This document shows, piece after piece, positions 39,892 through 53,188 of a DNA stretch of 64,000 nucleotides. Where the stretch lies: positions 1 through 64,000 of the forward strand of contig JBJCIZ010000275.1 of NCBI GenBank assembly GCA_051294375.1. Direction: 5' to 3'. Both the position numbers and the translations under genes were made by a program. Position 1 is the stretch's first letter, and every line of letters begins with the position of its first letter. The notes under the pieces were generated by a model, which saw only the letters and a list, made by a program, of their open reading frames with translations, was not told the DNA's origin and did not search any database. The DNA comes from Paraspadella gotoi. Taxonomy: Eukaryota; Animalia; Chaetognatha.

Positions 39892-42056
39892 TGTAGAAAA
39901 CTATCAGTCTCCACGCTTGCGGTCCAAGGCGTTCGAAGCGTCGCCGTCCAAAAAGACGGGTTAATGACAAGAGTCTTCACTGACTGAAGAATCTCTGCAA
40001 AGTGTAGAAACGCCCGAATTTCCCAAAGTAAACGTATATTTTGGTGACACAAAACGTAGCAGAACGTGGCAATATCGTGACAAATAATAAGTAGTGAAAA
40101 CTGCGTAAAAACAACGGTTTTCGGCGCGAGCGACCGTGTATCCAAAATGTTCACGAAAACAACTGAAAATCCGGTCTCAAAAAATGCCAACGGTAAAAAT
40201 ATAAAATGAAGCCGATATCGAAAACTGGGATATGATAAAGAGAGAGAGTGACCAAAAAGGACACACAAATACGAGGCGATTTCTTTCACCCCATCAGTAA
40301 AAAAGTACATTCTTTTTGAACACTAAAGGAGAAAAAGACAAAAATCGCCAGAGTAACATAAAGCAGTACTAAAGTCTATAGTCGTGCCTGAAAAATCCGG
40401 TACTCTAAAATCCGGATCAATGATAAGTTAGATACTTAGAATTGTACGTGAAAAGCCAAGAAGAAAAAGATATCCCCATCGTAAAATTTTTAAATCAAAA
40501 TTCCGAAATGGCAACATGGAGTTTCAGATACTTCAAATTGTACACAATAAAAAGATAAAAAAATATATCCCCCAATCGTAAATGACAGGTGACTAAATCC
40601 AAAAAAAAAAAATTTCCAAAAATTTTCACAAAAAAATTTGGGGCCAAAAAAAAAATTCAAAAATTCCAACCAAAATTGGCAAAATTCAAATTCACGAAAA
40701 TTCGCAACATTAACTTTTTCACCTTTCCAACATTTTCAATTTTACACGTTTTGCACATTTCAGGCAGTCTTTATTCGTAGGAGTTTTAAAGTTGACACCT
40801 ATCGACGGCCGATATCTGACTAGGATTTTCATTGCCGACCGTCCTTGAACATTCTCGTCGGGTTCTTTGTTTCTCTTGGCGCAGTCATGAAGCCGACGAA
40901 TGGTGGGCGTCCATTGCAGACAGGCACACCCCGAGAGAGTGGAAGTGGTGAGCGGTGTGTCCGAGCTGTAAGGCATCGAACACAGCCCTTTTTGTAGCAC
41001 AAAAGGTTTTTTTAATATCACGCCATACGAAAAGATACAGAGAGCACCGACCAATAAATGGGCTTTTTTCGCACAAAACAAACATGAAGCCTGTGCGTCG
41101 CCATACACATGGTTCCGTCCTTCGTAAAAGACGGCTGATCTCTGGGAGACTGCGTCGACTTGGGCATCGTTGTTCCAGTCGCCGTTTCTCCGCCGGCGGA
41201 ATTGGTCGGTTCCTTGGAAAGATGTCGGTGGCGGAATCCTGGGGGACGAAATCCGCCTAACACAAAATAAAAATTTCGTTGAAAGAGTTGAAGAGCAGAA
41301 GCTTCGATGGAGTTGGAGAGGAAACGGGAGTCGAATCCAAAAGGCCCGTTCTTCTCCATTTTTTCGTATTTCCCTGAAGTTCGATTCTTCAACGTGTCGA
41401 ACTTCTTCTTTGAAGATTCCCCATCATTGTTTCGAGTCGCGGTTCAAGTAAGTTCTTTTAAAACAATCAGGCATCTTCAGGAAGTTGATCATTGACCACA
41501 AGGAATATGTCTTGTAACTAAATCGCGGTGTTCCTCCGCTGAGGCGGTCCGAGAAATCAAACATTTTCTCAGTCGAATGTTCTTGCTCTAATGCGCTTTT
41601 AATCCACAATCTTTAACGCCCGGTTTCCGCGAAGCCAATTCATTGTTTACTGTAGAAAAGCCTATCAGTCTCCAGCGCTTGCGGTCCAAGTGTTTCGACA
41701 GCGTCGCCGTCCAAAAGGGTTATGAACAAGAAGTCTCACTGGACGAAGAATCTCCGCTAAGCTGTAGAACGCGAATCCCAAAGTAACTATATTTTGGTGA
41801 CACAAACGTAGCAGAAACGTGCAATATTCGTGACAAAATAACGTAGTGAAAACTCGTAAAAACAGGAACGGTGTTTCGGACGAGGGCTGCGGACCGTGTA
41901 TCCAATGTCACAAACAAACTGGAAAATCCGGTCACTCAAAAAAAATGCCAATGTAAAAATATGAAAAATGACCGATATCGAAAACTGGCTAATGATTAAC
42001 GAGAGAGAGAGAGAGTGCCAAAAGGACAGCTAAATACGAGGCGACATTTCTCTTCA
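39892..42056 (-). mobile_element. gag: Non-autonomous BEL/Pao LTR retrotransposon retaining a gag fragment
   Basis: LTRs 39892-40288 and 41651-42056 (TG...CA), 5-bp TSD AACAT, empty site near 59840; CLFC..H...C, KGLCF..LQLGH, C..C...HHS..H triple Cys-His pattern at ~40880-41090. Confidence 0.85.
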
Positions 42057-42206
42057 AACATATTTGAGATATGTTCCGGTTTCATAAATGACGTTAAATT
42101 CTGGCAAAGTGTCCGAAGGTCTCTCAAAATGTTTCTTTACATTTTATTTAGTTATTCTAATATGATACCATCATGTTAAAGAGAATTAGTTGATTTTGGT
42201 GAAATT

Positions 42207-42536
42207 TGTGGCCACTGGATCAGGGAAAAGTATTTAAAGCTTTAATTCAAGATTTGAAGCCTTTTGTTTTAACTGTTCAACGAGATATGTCATCTCCCAA
42301 ATCCTCCGCCCCGCGGGGCGGCTCTAGGGGCGGCCCCAGGGGGCAGACTATTCCAGGGGGAGTAGGAAAATGGACATTGAGGGGGCGCCCCCTCTGGATT
42401 GCCTCAGGGGGCCGCCGCCAGGGGGTTTCCCCCTGGGCCAACATTTTGGATCTATTAGGGCGCCCCTAATGCTTAGCCCCCTGGGGCCAAAAAAAGTCAG
42501 CCCCTGGGGGTAACCCTTTGGGCGCAAAAAACTGCT
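42207..42536 (+). mobile_element. Start of Gypsy 5' LTR with the GC-rich MITE inserted (cut by a 25-N gap)
   Basis: TGTGGCCACTGGATC at 42207; MITE starts ~42281; duplicates ~50403-50730. Confidence 0.7.
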
Positions 42537-45500
42537 NNNNNNNNNNNNNNNNNNNNNNNNNGCAATTATCACGTTTCATTTTTCGTGTCCATTTGAATTT
42601 GAATACGCCCAATTCGAATTGATTGTAGCGCACCCTGCTGGCAAAAATGCAATTATTATGCAGCCATTAACTTGTGCGTCAAGAGCAGACATCAAATACG
42701 CTGACTGTCACCAAATTCTTCCATCACTTTTGCCTTTCTAGCCTCAAGTTTGGCACCCTTAAAAGCACTTAGCCATCATTCTCTATTTAATCTAAGAGAT
42801 CATACATTTAAATATTTTGTGAATAAAGCTAACAATTAACCTCCTTGCCAAAAATCAGCCAGAACTGATTGTGAGAAAGCTGCTCATTGATATAACAAGA
42901 CGCATTATAGTGAGTTAACACCAAGGAGTTCTAGAACTGAGCACCTGTATAAAATTGCCCAATTTTGACTCAAGCTTGTTGACGGGTTGAAGGTTTTGGG
43001 GGTTGATGGGTCTTGGGAGGGGGGTTATGAGAGTTGCGAAGAAATTTTATTTACGAGTCGATGGTAGTGACTAAAATTTACTGAAGAATCATTTTGATTC
43101 AAGGCTCGTTGCAGCATTTGAATGTTATATTAATAACATTAAAAATAGGCCAAAGTTGTTGTTATTAATTACACAAGGTGGAATAGTTTATTGCTTTTGC
43201 TGGGGGTGAAGGGGTGGGGGGTTAAGTTTGGAGGGTGAGGCGGGCTGCGAGACATTTCCAATTCAATTTGAAACACTGGAAATGATTCAGTTTTCTCCCA
43301 ATTTTTTGGGACAGATGACTGACTCTAGATGGATGACAAATGTTCTTCGATCATTAAAGATTACCGTCGATTCAACACAGTGTAGCTTGAATGACAAATA
43401 AGCAGCCAGCATAATCTCTGACAGAAAAAAAATTCTACATAATTTTTGTCAGCTGAGCTGACTTTAGCAGGTTTGACCACTGACAGGTTTTGCTCTGAAA
43501 TGATGACAGGACAGAATTCCGCGAAGACTGACAAAAGGATTGATGACAGTTAGCACCGACGAATGATGGACGATTCACAAAACTTTTAAACTTACGAAAC
43601 ATCGCCCTCTCTTATTCCCTATAGCCTTTTCGATCCGTTTCGAAGCAGGAAGGGAGGGGGAGACGGGATCATCCGGACACACTGTAGTTGACACGGAGAT
43701 CTGAGCCTCGAATCTCGCGAAAACTCTTTTTTTATTTAGTTTCAACAACTATATTTCGATTTTTTCGACTCGAGACGCGTATGATTAACAGCGGCGGGGA
43801 GACGCGAAACCGAAGTGACTCGAACGCCGACCGCCAGACGAGAGCATCTTCGATATGGCGGGGAGAGCAGCGATCGGGGCGCGGGGGTAGCGAGAAGGCA
43901 GACACTGAAGGTGAAAAGGGGAGTTCATCTTTGGAAAAACGGCGACGAAGATTTTGTTAGCGCATTTTCCAGTAACTAATGGGTCTTTCTTAACTTCTCG
44001 GCGCCTAGGGTTCTTGAGTTTTGAAGATTCTTTTTTTGCGTCGAAACGAAAAAAAGTAAATAAAATCGACCCTTCCAGCGAGGAAGCGGGATGAAAAGAG
44101 TCTTCTATTTCCGCTTTAGTTTCTTGTAAAGTTCGAGTTGTAGGTTTTTATGATTTTTTTTTCACTATTTTTATATCGACTTTAGTATTTTTTGGCTGCT
44201 GGCCAGTGTCTTTTTGCGAAAAAAAATCGGTTGCATCGCCGGAGGGGGGGAGCGGAGATAGAGAGGTTGGTTTCCGGATTCATAAGGCGATCGTAGGGGG
44301 AGGAGAGTTGATTCGCGAAAGTGATTTAATTCGAAATGCTACCGTACATCTTTTATTTGGTTCATTATGATTGCGATTCGGCGCGCATGATCGAAGATCG
44401 GCGCGAAACGACTCGTTTTATTAATGAGAAGCAAAAAATGCTGGATGGGTGCGGAATCGGAGGAAGAGGAAATGAGGCAACGAGAGGGAGAGGGGCGAAG
44501 GGACGATGAGGGGAGTGAGCGAATTAATATTTTTTTTTTTTTTTTTTTTGACGTCAGTGGCCGCCGGCGATTAAAAACGGCGCCCGCCGAAGACTCGGAG
44601 ATTTGGGATTGGAGCAGAATATATTTTGTTTTGCGCCCTGCCAGTGCTAGCTGATCGAAGAAGAATATCGACAGTTCACCCTTAGTCATGATTCAGCGAA
44701 GGAGAGAAAAAAAAACGACGCCAGATTGAATCTCGTTCAAATCGATGCGATTCGCGGTAAAATTCAATCGATCGAAGTGGGAGGTGAGACGCGAAATCCA
44801 ATAGAAAAAAAATTGGAGATTTTCGCCCAAAAAGTGATGCCAGCTTAGCCTGCAAAGAAAACGAGTCTCTAACTCTCGATGGAGGCAAGCAGATGAGGAA
44901 AAAATCAGGAAGAGAAGAAATGCGATTAAATGTTTTTGTTTTTTTTTTTGGTCGGCAATGCCCCGTCAAAAAAAGTACGGGGTAATGGGGAAAACGAAAG
45001 ATGGGCAAAAAATAAAATTTAAATCCAAATATAAGTCGTATAATATTGTTTTTTTGTTCACTTTCAATTAAAAAAACAATAGTAAAAAAGTTTCTACATT
45101 TTTTCTCTTTTTTCTTCATTTCAGTTTGTTTTTTGTTTTGTTTTGTTTTCTAACCAATGTTTATCTTAAATCAGTCGGGTGGAGCACATCCTGGGTTTTT
45201 TTTCGTGGTTAGATGTTCGAGCAACACAGAGTTGCGCGTCAAACTCTGAAAAGGTTATTCCTTAACCGGAAGCTAAAGTGACGAGAATGCGGGAACACTA
45301 ATATTATTGATTCGGAAGGAAAATTTTATACTGAGACAAAAATGCAGGGTTAAAAAAAAAGGAGAGAGAGACACGCAGTAGGACGAAAAGAGGAAGGTGA
45401 ACTGAATCTCGTGAAACGCGTGCCTCGAATCCCTGGGAGGAGGATGAGAGGAGGTGAACGAATGAGAAGAGGGTGCCGGTAATTAGACCCGCGTCTGTCT

Positions 45501-45622
45501 ATCACCTCTTAGTATACTGAAAACTATTTAAAACGACTGTCCCCATGTATTTAGGGCTTTAATTTCGATACACGCCCACCTTGCTATCTCCTTTTCTTTC
45601 AAAAGTTATTCAAGAAAATAAC

Positions 45623-47315
45623 TTTTTAGTCGGATCTGCTTATCAGCAGATCCCGACTCTATTAATTCACTTTGTCGGTCCGTCTGTCCGCCCCCTCAAT
45701 ATTTTCCCGTTCACTACACTCTCCCTATATCATTGTTCAAAACATCGAAACTGATGATAAATCTTGCAAAAAAAAATGATGTCCGTCCGTCTGCGTCCGT
45801 CCGTCCATCCGTACCGTCCCACCCCTTACGCAAAAACAAACACCAATTACTCGTGAAATTGGATGGATGAATGGAACTGAGAATTTTGCGGTGTCGGTAG
45901 GGAAAAATGTCGTGATCATGAGCCCGTTATATTAAAGTTTCGATGAATCGTCGAGTGGAAATTGAGTTCTAAGATGGAAAAAAATAATAAAAATATTAAT
46001 CTTCATTATTTGAACACCAATTACATCAAGAGTCTGGATGGGGGCGATTGACTTGAAATTTTGTCATTTGTCGTAGGAAAGTGTCGTTGATTGAGTGACA
46101 ATCAGTGTCGATTGGAATTCTATTTGAGTAGAAATGTGTTGTCTTTTAAATGGAAAAAAACAAAAAACCTGCTTTCCATAACTGGATTATGCTCTTTTTC
46201 GCTTTTATATTTAAAATGTTAAAAATGAAGGATTTCGTATATTAAATCAAACTTAATTAATCAGTTATTAATCCAATTAGTCAAGTGTAATTTAATCAAT
46301 AATTAATTAATTAGTCAATCAAATCCGCTTCTCCATCCGCTCACCATCTTAGCAAAAAGCTGCCCAATAACTTCGTGATTGGCTGGTTGGATTGATGACA
46401 TTTTGTGTTGTGGGTAGCGACAGTGTAAGATGAAGCTGGATATAAGTTTGACCGGAATCGGTGAGATGAAGCTGGATATTAAAAGTTCGAGTAATCGTGT
46501 GAGATGAAGCTGGATATAAAGTTGTCGATGGCAATCGTCGACGAGGAAATGCAGTCTTAAGCGAAAAAAATTAAGTTACAATAACTAAAATATTTTATTA
46601 TTTTAACCCAATAATTACTCTATTTACATCATTTGAATTGGATGGATAGATTGAGTGAAAATTTTGCGCGTGTGGTAGGAAAGTGCATTGCAGACCGAAG
46701 CTTATACACAAGTTTCGTGGAAACGTCAGACGAGTGGAAATGAGTTTAAATAAAAAAAATATGCAGTGCCGCATTTAACTTGAATCTTTTTGCTTTCTCG
46801 ATCTATATAGTCCTAGAATGTTACTTATTTTAACCATTAATTACTCGAATTAATCAAACTTGAATTAATAGATTGAAGAAAGCATAGATATAAAGTTTTG
46901 ACGAATTGTTGCCATGTGAAAGATGAGTTTAAAAATGGAAAAAACATTAATCACATTACCAACTTTATTTATTTAGATTTACTAATAATGCTTTAATTAA
47001 TTAATTAATTATTTTTGAAAAAATGATACAATTTAAAAAAATGATGCAAGTTGAAAAAATTATATTGCAAGTTGAAAAAATTATGCAATTTGAAAAAAAT
47101 ATACAAGTTTGAAAAGAATATGCAAGTTGAAAAAAAGTATGCAGAGTTGAAAAATTAGCCACGTGAAAAATATTATGCCAAGGTTAAAAAGTTCATGCAA
47201 GTTTGAAAAAACTATGCCAGTTGAAGAAATTAGGCCAAGTTGAAAAAAAATTATTGCCAAGTTAAAAAAATGATGCGAATTGTTAAAAATATGTAAATTG
47301 AAAAAATGATTGAGT
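45623..47315 (+). mobile_element. HINE-like element with internal 18-bp tandem array (47020-47310)
   Basis: 5' palindrome, (CGTC)n, (ATGCAAGTTGAAAAAATT)n. Confidence 0.75.
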
Positions 47316-48047
47316 TGCAGTATCTTACCTTAATTTTATTGTACAATATCTTAAATTTTAATATAAAACTTGAAGAAGATTTTCGTCATCTGAACATATC
47401 ACTTTCAGTTGTAACGCACTCGTCAAACTATTTATGGTAAATGCTCTGAAGAAATCGAGCAAAACGTTTTCTCTCTTTTTTTTAAATAGTAGTACTAGCG
47501 CGTCAAAAATCTTTAGAGTAAACTCAAAATTTTATTCTGATAGAATTTTTGCCTTTTAAGCTGAACGTTTATGACCATATCTCGGAAATATTGTTTGGAA
47601 TTTTAAAATGAAATATGACACTCATCCTACAGGGACTTGCCATAAATAATTATATACAAAAAATAAATTAAATTAGCTCCCTATGAGGTATCTATATTAA
47701 AGGGTGATATAGACAGAGGAAGGGTGAATTCAGGCTATTAAAATTGTTAAATGCCTGAAAGGGATTAGGATAATAGGCTATTTCAGGAAACACATTGCCA
47801 AAGATCATGCTTGATTTATGTCAGGCTGTAAGTTGGTTTGAGTCTCTCATCATATGTGTAAAAACACTTGATTCCATCCTGTTGCATTCTGAAGGGCTCG
47901 CATTTTTTTCTCTTTCAAAATCATACAAACATCTGGATATCAAACAGCCAGAACAATTAGACTGCTTCTGTAAGAACAAATTTTCCATCTTTGATTCTGT
48001 ATATTATAATTGAGAGGGATATTTTTCCCTTGAATGACATATAAACA

Positions 48048-50247
48048 TGTAGAAACTATCAGTCTCCACCTTGCTGTGCGGTCCAAGGCCGTTCAAGCGT
48101 CGCCGTCCAAAAAGACGGGTTAATGACAAGCAGTCTTCACTGACTGAAGAATCTCTGCTAAAGTGCTAGAAACGCGAATTTCCCAAAGTAAACGTATATC
48201 TTTGGGTGAACACAAAACGTAGCAGTAACGTTGGCAATATCTGACAAAAATAAGTAGTGATAAACTGCGTAAAAAACAACGGTTGTTCGCACGAGCGACG
48301 TGTATCCGAAAATGTTCAACGAAAACAACTGAAAAATCCGCGTCTCAAAAAAATGCCACACGGTAAAAATATATAAAATGACCGATATCGAAAACTGGCG
48401 TATGATTAAAGACGAGAGAGTGACCAAAACAGACACAAAATACGTAGCGAATGTTCTCTCTCACCCCCATCAGTAAAAAAGTACCATCTTTTTACACTAA
48501 AGAGAAAAAGAAAAAATCGCCAGAGTTAAGCATAAAGCAGTACTAAGTCTCAATAGGCCTGAAAAATCACTCCCGCGTACTCTAAAATCGGATCAATGAT
48601 ATAGTTAGATACTTAAGAATTGCTACGTGAAAAAGCCCAAGAAGAAAAAAGAGTATCCCCCATCGTAAATTTAAATCAAAATTCCGAATCACATGAGTTT
48701 CAGATACTTCAAATTGACACATAAAAAGATAAAAAAATATATCCCCCATCGTCAAATGACAGGTGACTAAATCCAAAAATTTCCAAAAATTTCACAAAAA
48801 TTTGGGCCAAAAAAAATTCAAAAATTCCACCAAAATTGCGCAAAATTCAAATTCACAAAATTCGCAAACTTTTTTTCACCTTATCCACATTCTTCAATTT
48901 TACACGTTTTCCACATTTCAGGCAGCTCTTTAGTTCGTTAGGAGTTCTTAAAGTTACACCTTCGACGCGCCGATATCCCTGACTAGGACTTTCATTGCCG
49001 ACGTCGCCTTGACATTCTCAGCTCGCGTTTCTTTGTTCTCTTGGCCAGTCATGACCAGCGACTTCGAATGGTGGCGTCCATTGCCAGACGGCACACCCCG
49101 AGAGAGTGGAGTGGTGAGCGGTGTGTCCGAGCTGTAGCATCGAAACACAGCCCCTTTTTGTACACAAAAGGTTTTTTAATATCAGCGCCATCGAAAAGAT
49201 ACAGAAGCACCGAACCAATGAAATGGCTTTTTCCACAAAACAAACATGAAGCCTTCGTCGCCATACTACATGTCCGTCGTCGTAAAAGACGGCTGATCTC
49301 TCGGGAGATGGCGTCGACTTGGGCATCGTCTTGTTCCAGTCCCGTTTCTCCGCCGCGGAATTGGCGGTTCCTTGGAGATGTCGTGGCAATCCTGGGGGAC
49401 GCAATCCCCCACAAATAAATTCGTTGAAAACGTTGAAGAGCAGGAAGCCTTCGTGGAGTTGGAGAGGAAACGGGATCGAATCAAAGGCCCTGTTCTCTCC
49501 ATTTTTCGTATTTCCCTGAAGTTCTGAATCCTCTTCAACCGTGCTCGAACCTCTTCTCTTGAAGATTCCCATCATTGTTTCGAGTCGCCCGGTTCAAGTA
49601 ACGTTGCTTTTAAAACAATCAGGATCTCAGGAAGTGATCCATTGACCACCAAGGAATATGTCTTGGTAACTAAATCCGGTGTCTCCCGCCGCTACGGTCC
49701 GAGAAATCAAACATGTTTCAGTCGAATTTCTTCTCTTAACTGCGCTTTTAATCCAAATCTTTAATCGCCGTTATTCCGCAAGCCATATTCATTGTTTTAA
49801 CTGCTAGAAAAGCCTATTCAGCTCCAGCGCTTGCGGTCCAACGTGTTTCGACAGCGTCGCCGTCCAAAAAGGGTTATGACAAGAAGTCTCACTGGCACTC
49901 GAAAATCTCCGCTAAGCTGTTAGAACGCGACATTCCCAAAGTTAAGCTATATCTTTGGTGACGACAAACGCTAGCAGAGCGACGTGCAATACGTTTGCTG
50001 ACAAAATAACGTAGTGATGACAAACTCGTAAAAACAGAACGGTGTTTTCGCGTACGAGGGCTGCGACCGTGTATTCCAAATTGTCACAAAAACAAACTGA
50101 AAAATCCCGGCTCACCAAAAACAAATGCCCAATGGTAAAAATATGAAAAATGAACCGATATCGAAACACTGTGTATGATTAACAGAGAGAGAGAGAGACG
50201 TGCCAAAAAAGCCGACACGCTAAATACGAGGCGACATTTCTCGTTCA
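48048..50247 (-). mobile_element. gag: Second copy of the BEL/Pao non-autonomous element at the same site
   Basis: Colinear with 39892-42056 including both flanks. Confidence 0.8.
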
Positions 50248-50402
50248 AACATATTCGGATAATGTTCCGCGTTTCATAAATGACGTTAAATCTCGCAAAG
50301 TGGTCGAAGCGTCTCTCATAATGTTTTCTTACATTTTATTTAGTTATTCCTAATATGATACCATCCATGTTAACAGAGAATAGTTGATTTTTGGGTGAAA
50401 TT

Positions 50403-52625
50403 TCTGGCCACTGGATCAGGAGAAAGATTAAAGCTTTATATCAAGTTTGACAGCCTTTTGTTTCTAACTGTTCAACGAGATATGTCAACTCCCAAATCCT
50501 CCGCCCCGCGGGGCGGGTCTAGGGGCGGCCCCAGGGGGCAGACTATTCCAGGGGGAGTAGGAAAATGGACATTGAGGGGCGCCCCCTCTGGATTGCCTCA
50601 GGGGGCCGCCGCCCAGGGGGTTTCCCCCTGGGCCAACATTTTGAGTCTATTAGGGCGCCCCTAATGCTTAGCCCCCTGGGGCCAAAAAAAGTCAGCCCCT
50701 GGGGGTAACCCTTTGGGCGCACAAAAACTGTCCCCACGGGCGAGTTAATAGAGAACCAAGTTTAGATGACGAAAAATATACTTTCTGATCTATGTTATTA
50801 TATCTGAGAATATTTTTCCCTGTCTGTTACTCTCTCCCCCTGGACGAGTGACCCTTGCGGGCTCCAAAAAAGAGGCCTACAGGCGGGCCCCCCTAGGCGA
50901 TACAGGATTTGCCTCGCCCCTCGGGGCCCCCCGCGGAGCCCCGCCGCCGGGCCGCCCCCCAGCCACCGCCACGCGGGGGCGTCGGAAGCGATTCTGAAGG
51001 ATGACCATAACACTTGGTCAACACGAGGATCTGGCCGCCCAAAACAATTTCTCCTCTTCTGTCTCGTTTCTTCAGTATTGATGTAAACCTTGATGAACAG
51101 CTTTTGTTTTATCTTGAAATAAATATCATATTTATCAATAGTTAACATATTTTTATCTATTCTAAAAAATGTAATATCTACATTATTTACTAAGAAAAAA
51201 TGTTTTAATTTGATCTTGAATAATCTTCTCAATTGAAAACAAATCAACTCAAGACGAACAAATTTCTTCTGCGCTGCCGACATACTTCTACTATTAACTC
51301 TTTGTTATACTCTGTCACGCCGCCTTAAAACCTCAGTCACGCGTTGTTTTTTTTTATCACGGCGCTTCGTCACGCAGTCACGCAACTCTTGCGACTGCGC
51401 CACACATGGGGAACCACAACGTTGAACCCAACACCAACCTCTCACAGGCGGGAAAAAATGTCAACTTGAACACTTTCGAGCTACCATCAGAGTCTAACAA
51501 CACCGGTAAGCCAACTAAGACAACAATCGCTTCCAAATGAGGCCGATTGCGACGCTATTTGTCATGCCTTCTGCTCGGCCCAGCGTAGCTAGGCAAGGAA
51601 CAACCATTACGCAAACACCAGCTCTGCAAGTCTAGGAGTCGCCGATAGTCGCGACACCGCCCCATATGATTCACGTTTTCCACACGCCTCAACAGTCGAG
51701 GAACTTTGACACGCTACGCTATCATGGCCGTATTCGGGCCGGCAGCACTCATGGAGCGAACTCCAGATGAAATGATGAGCCTCCGCCGCCGCTCCTCACC
51801 GCCGCCACGCAGGCTCGAACAAGCTGCACAGACCGGTAACGACTGCCAGATATCGATCTGTCAAACATTGAAATCTGGATTAACAGCGAATCGCAGGCCT
51901 CTTATACTCATGCCGGGCATTGATCGCTCCAAAAAACGAAAAATTTTGCCGCCAGCTTTAAGAATCTAAAACTAAACGCGTATAAGCCTCGATCCCAAAG
52001 TTACATCAGGTTTCCTCTCTTCGGAGATACAACAAAGCAACATGGTAAACCTCTTTTTCATATCTGAGAAAAGTGTACTAGGCTCACCCGGCCGCGCAAC
52101 AGACTCGGATGAATCGTGAAACCGTCAAAATTACTCGCACAACTCTCGATGACGTGCGCAAAGAGAAGGTTCTTCAGGAGCTGCCAGCTGAAATACGCCA
52201 CCAACTTGAAGACAAAGCGAGCTTGTTGAAATCGCTAATTGACATTTTGACAACGAGGGAAATCCTAAAATTTGACAAATGTCATCTCTCGTAAACCACG
52301 TGAAACAGGGCCACAAAGGGCGACACAAATCCGAATTGGACGACAAGGTTGGCGTCAATGCCGTCAATGTCAAACCAAAAAGAAGCTTTAATGGAAAGAA
52401 GAAGTCAAGTCAAGGACAAAAAGCTAAACCAAAGCCAAAGCTTAAAACGCTATGCCACAAGCACAACAAGTTCAACAAAGTCGCTTGGTTTTGCGAGCCA
52501 GGCTGTGCTAAGTTTGATGAGACTGAACGCAAGCACAAGGAAAACGCCAGAGGGGGACACCAACGGTGAACGCCGTCCCCCAAGAATCAAACCGATCACC
52601 AGTGACAAACGATTTGCTCTTCATC
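50403..52625 (+). mobile_element. gag: CsRn1-clade Gypsy 5' part: LTR (50403-51404), PBS, gag, start of pol
   Basis: LTR end TGCGCCACA; Gag CHKHNKFNKVAWFCEPGC = Cx2Hx9Cx3C; truncated at the TRIM junction. Confidence 0.85.
50476..51016. mobile_element. GC-rich MITE-like insertion in the Gypsy LTR
   Basis: Absent from the homologous LTR near 59625; left end CGAGATATGTCA(T/A)CTCCCAAATCCTCCGCCCCGCG with a noisy inverse at the right end; TCAAC-like sequence on both sides. Confidence 0.6.
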
Positions 52626-53188
52626 AGCGGCCATTGGTGCCAGGGGTAAGTCATTCGCCTCCCAACCCAAAGGTCCGGGGTTCTAGTCCGGTGGTCACCT
52701 AGCAGTTAAGAGGGACGGGGCACTTAACCCGCCTGTAACACGGTTTTACAGCCTGATCCGAAAACTCAGGGACTGCTTATATTGAACGGTTCTGTCACTT
52801 ACACATAACAATTATTACTGTCTCTTCATTGGTGAGCCCAACTTCCGAACACAACAGCAACAACAACACTTTCAGGCGACATGCCTCAACTTGGTGACGA
52901 ACTTTCCACCAACAACAATTTACTGAAGAGACGCAACAGACTTCTCCCTTCGGGAGGGGGGGATGTATGGTGGACTAAAATTCATCAGCGGCCATTGGTG
53001 CCAGAGGCAAGTCATTTGCTTCCCAACCCAAAGGTCCGGGGTTCTAGCCCGGTGGTTGCCTAGCAGTTAAGAGGGACGGGGCACTTAACCCGCCTGTAAC
53101 ACGGTGTTACAGCCTGATCCGAAGCTCAGGGACTGCTTATATTGAACGGTTCTGTCACTAACACTTAACAATTATTACTGTCTCTTCA
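52620..53188 (+). mobile_element. TRIM with tRNA-like sequence in each LTR (Helenus-like)
   Basis: LTR1 52620-52828 (first 17 nt lost), PBS-like TGGTGAGCCC at 52830, 135-bp interior, PPT GGGAGGGGGGGA 52952-52963, LTR2 52964-53188 TGT...TCA. Confidence 0.85.
52988..53060 (+). promoter_or_regulatory. tRNA-like cloverleaf / candidate Pol III internal promoter in the TRIM LTR (also ~52627-52699)
   Basis: Acceptor GCGGCCA/TGGTTGC, T-arm CCGGG-GTTCTAG-CCCGG, A-box-like TGGTGCCAGAGG, loop (T/C)TCCCAA. Confidence 0.65.

Larger units (their letters stand above)
42562..50730. repeat. Tandem re-occurrence of ~35020-42536 (segment copy 3)
   Basis: Colinear with many indels; starts at a 25-N gap. Confidence 0.85.

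Noticed and set aside
52988-53060. Functional tRNA-Gly gene
   Set aside because: Anticodon and D stems pair poorly, no T-run terminator follows, and it is duplicated as part of LTRs
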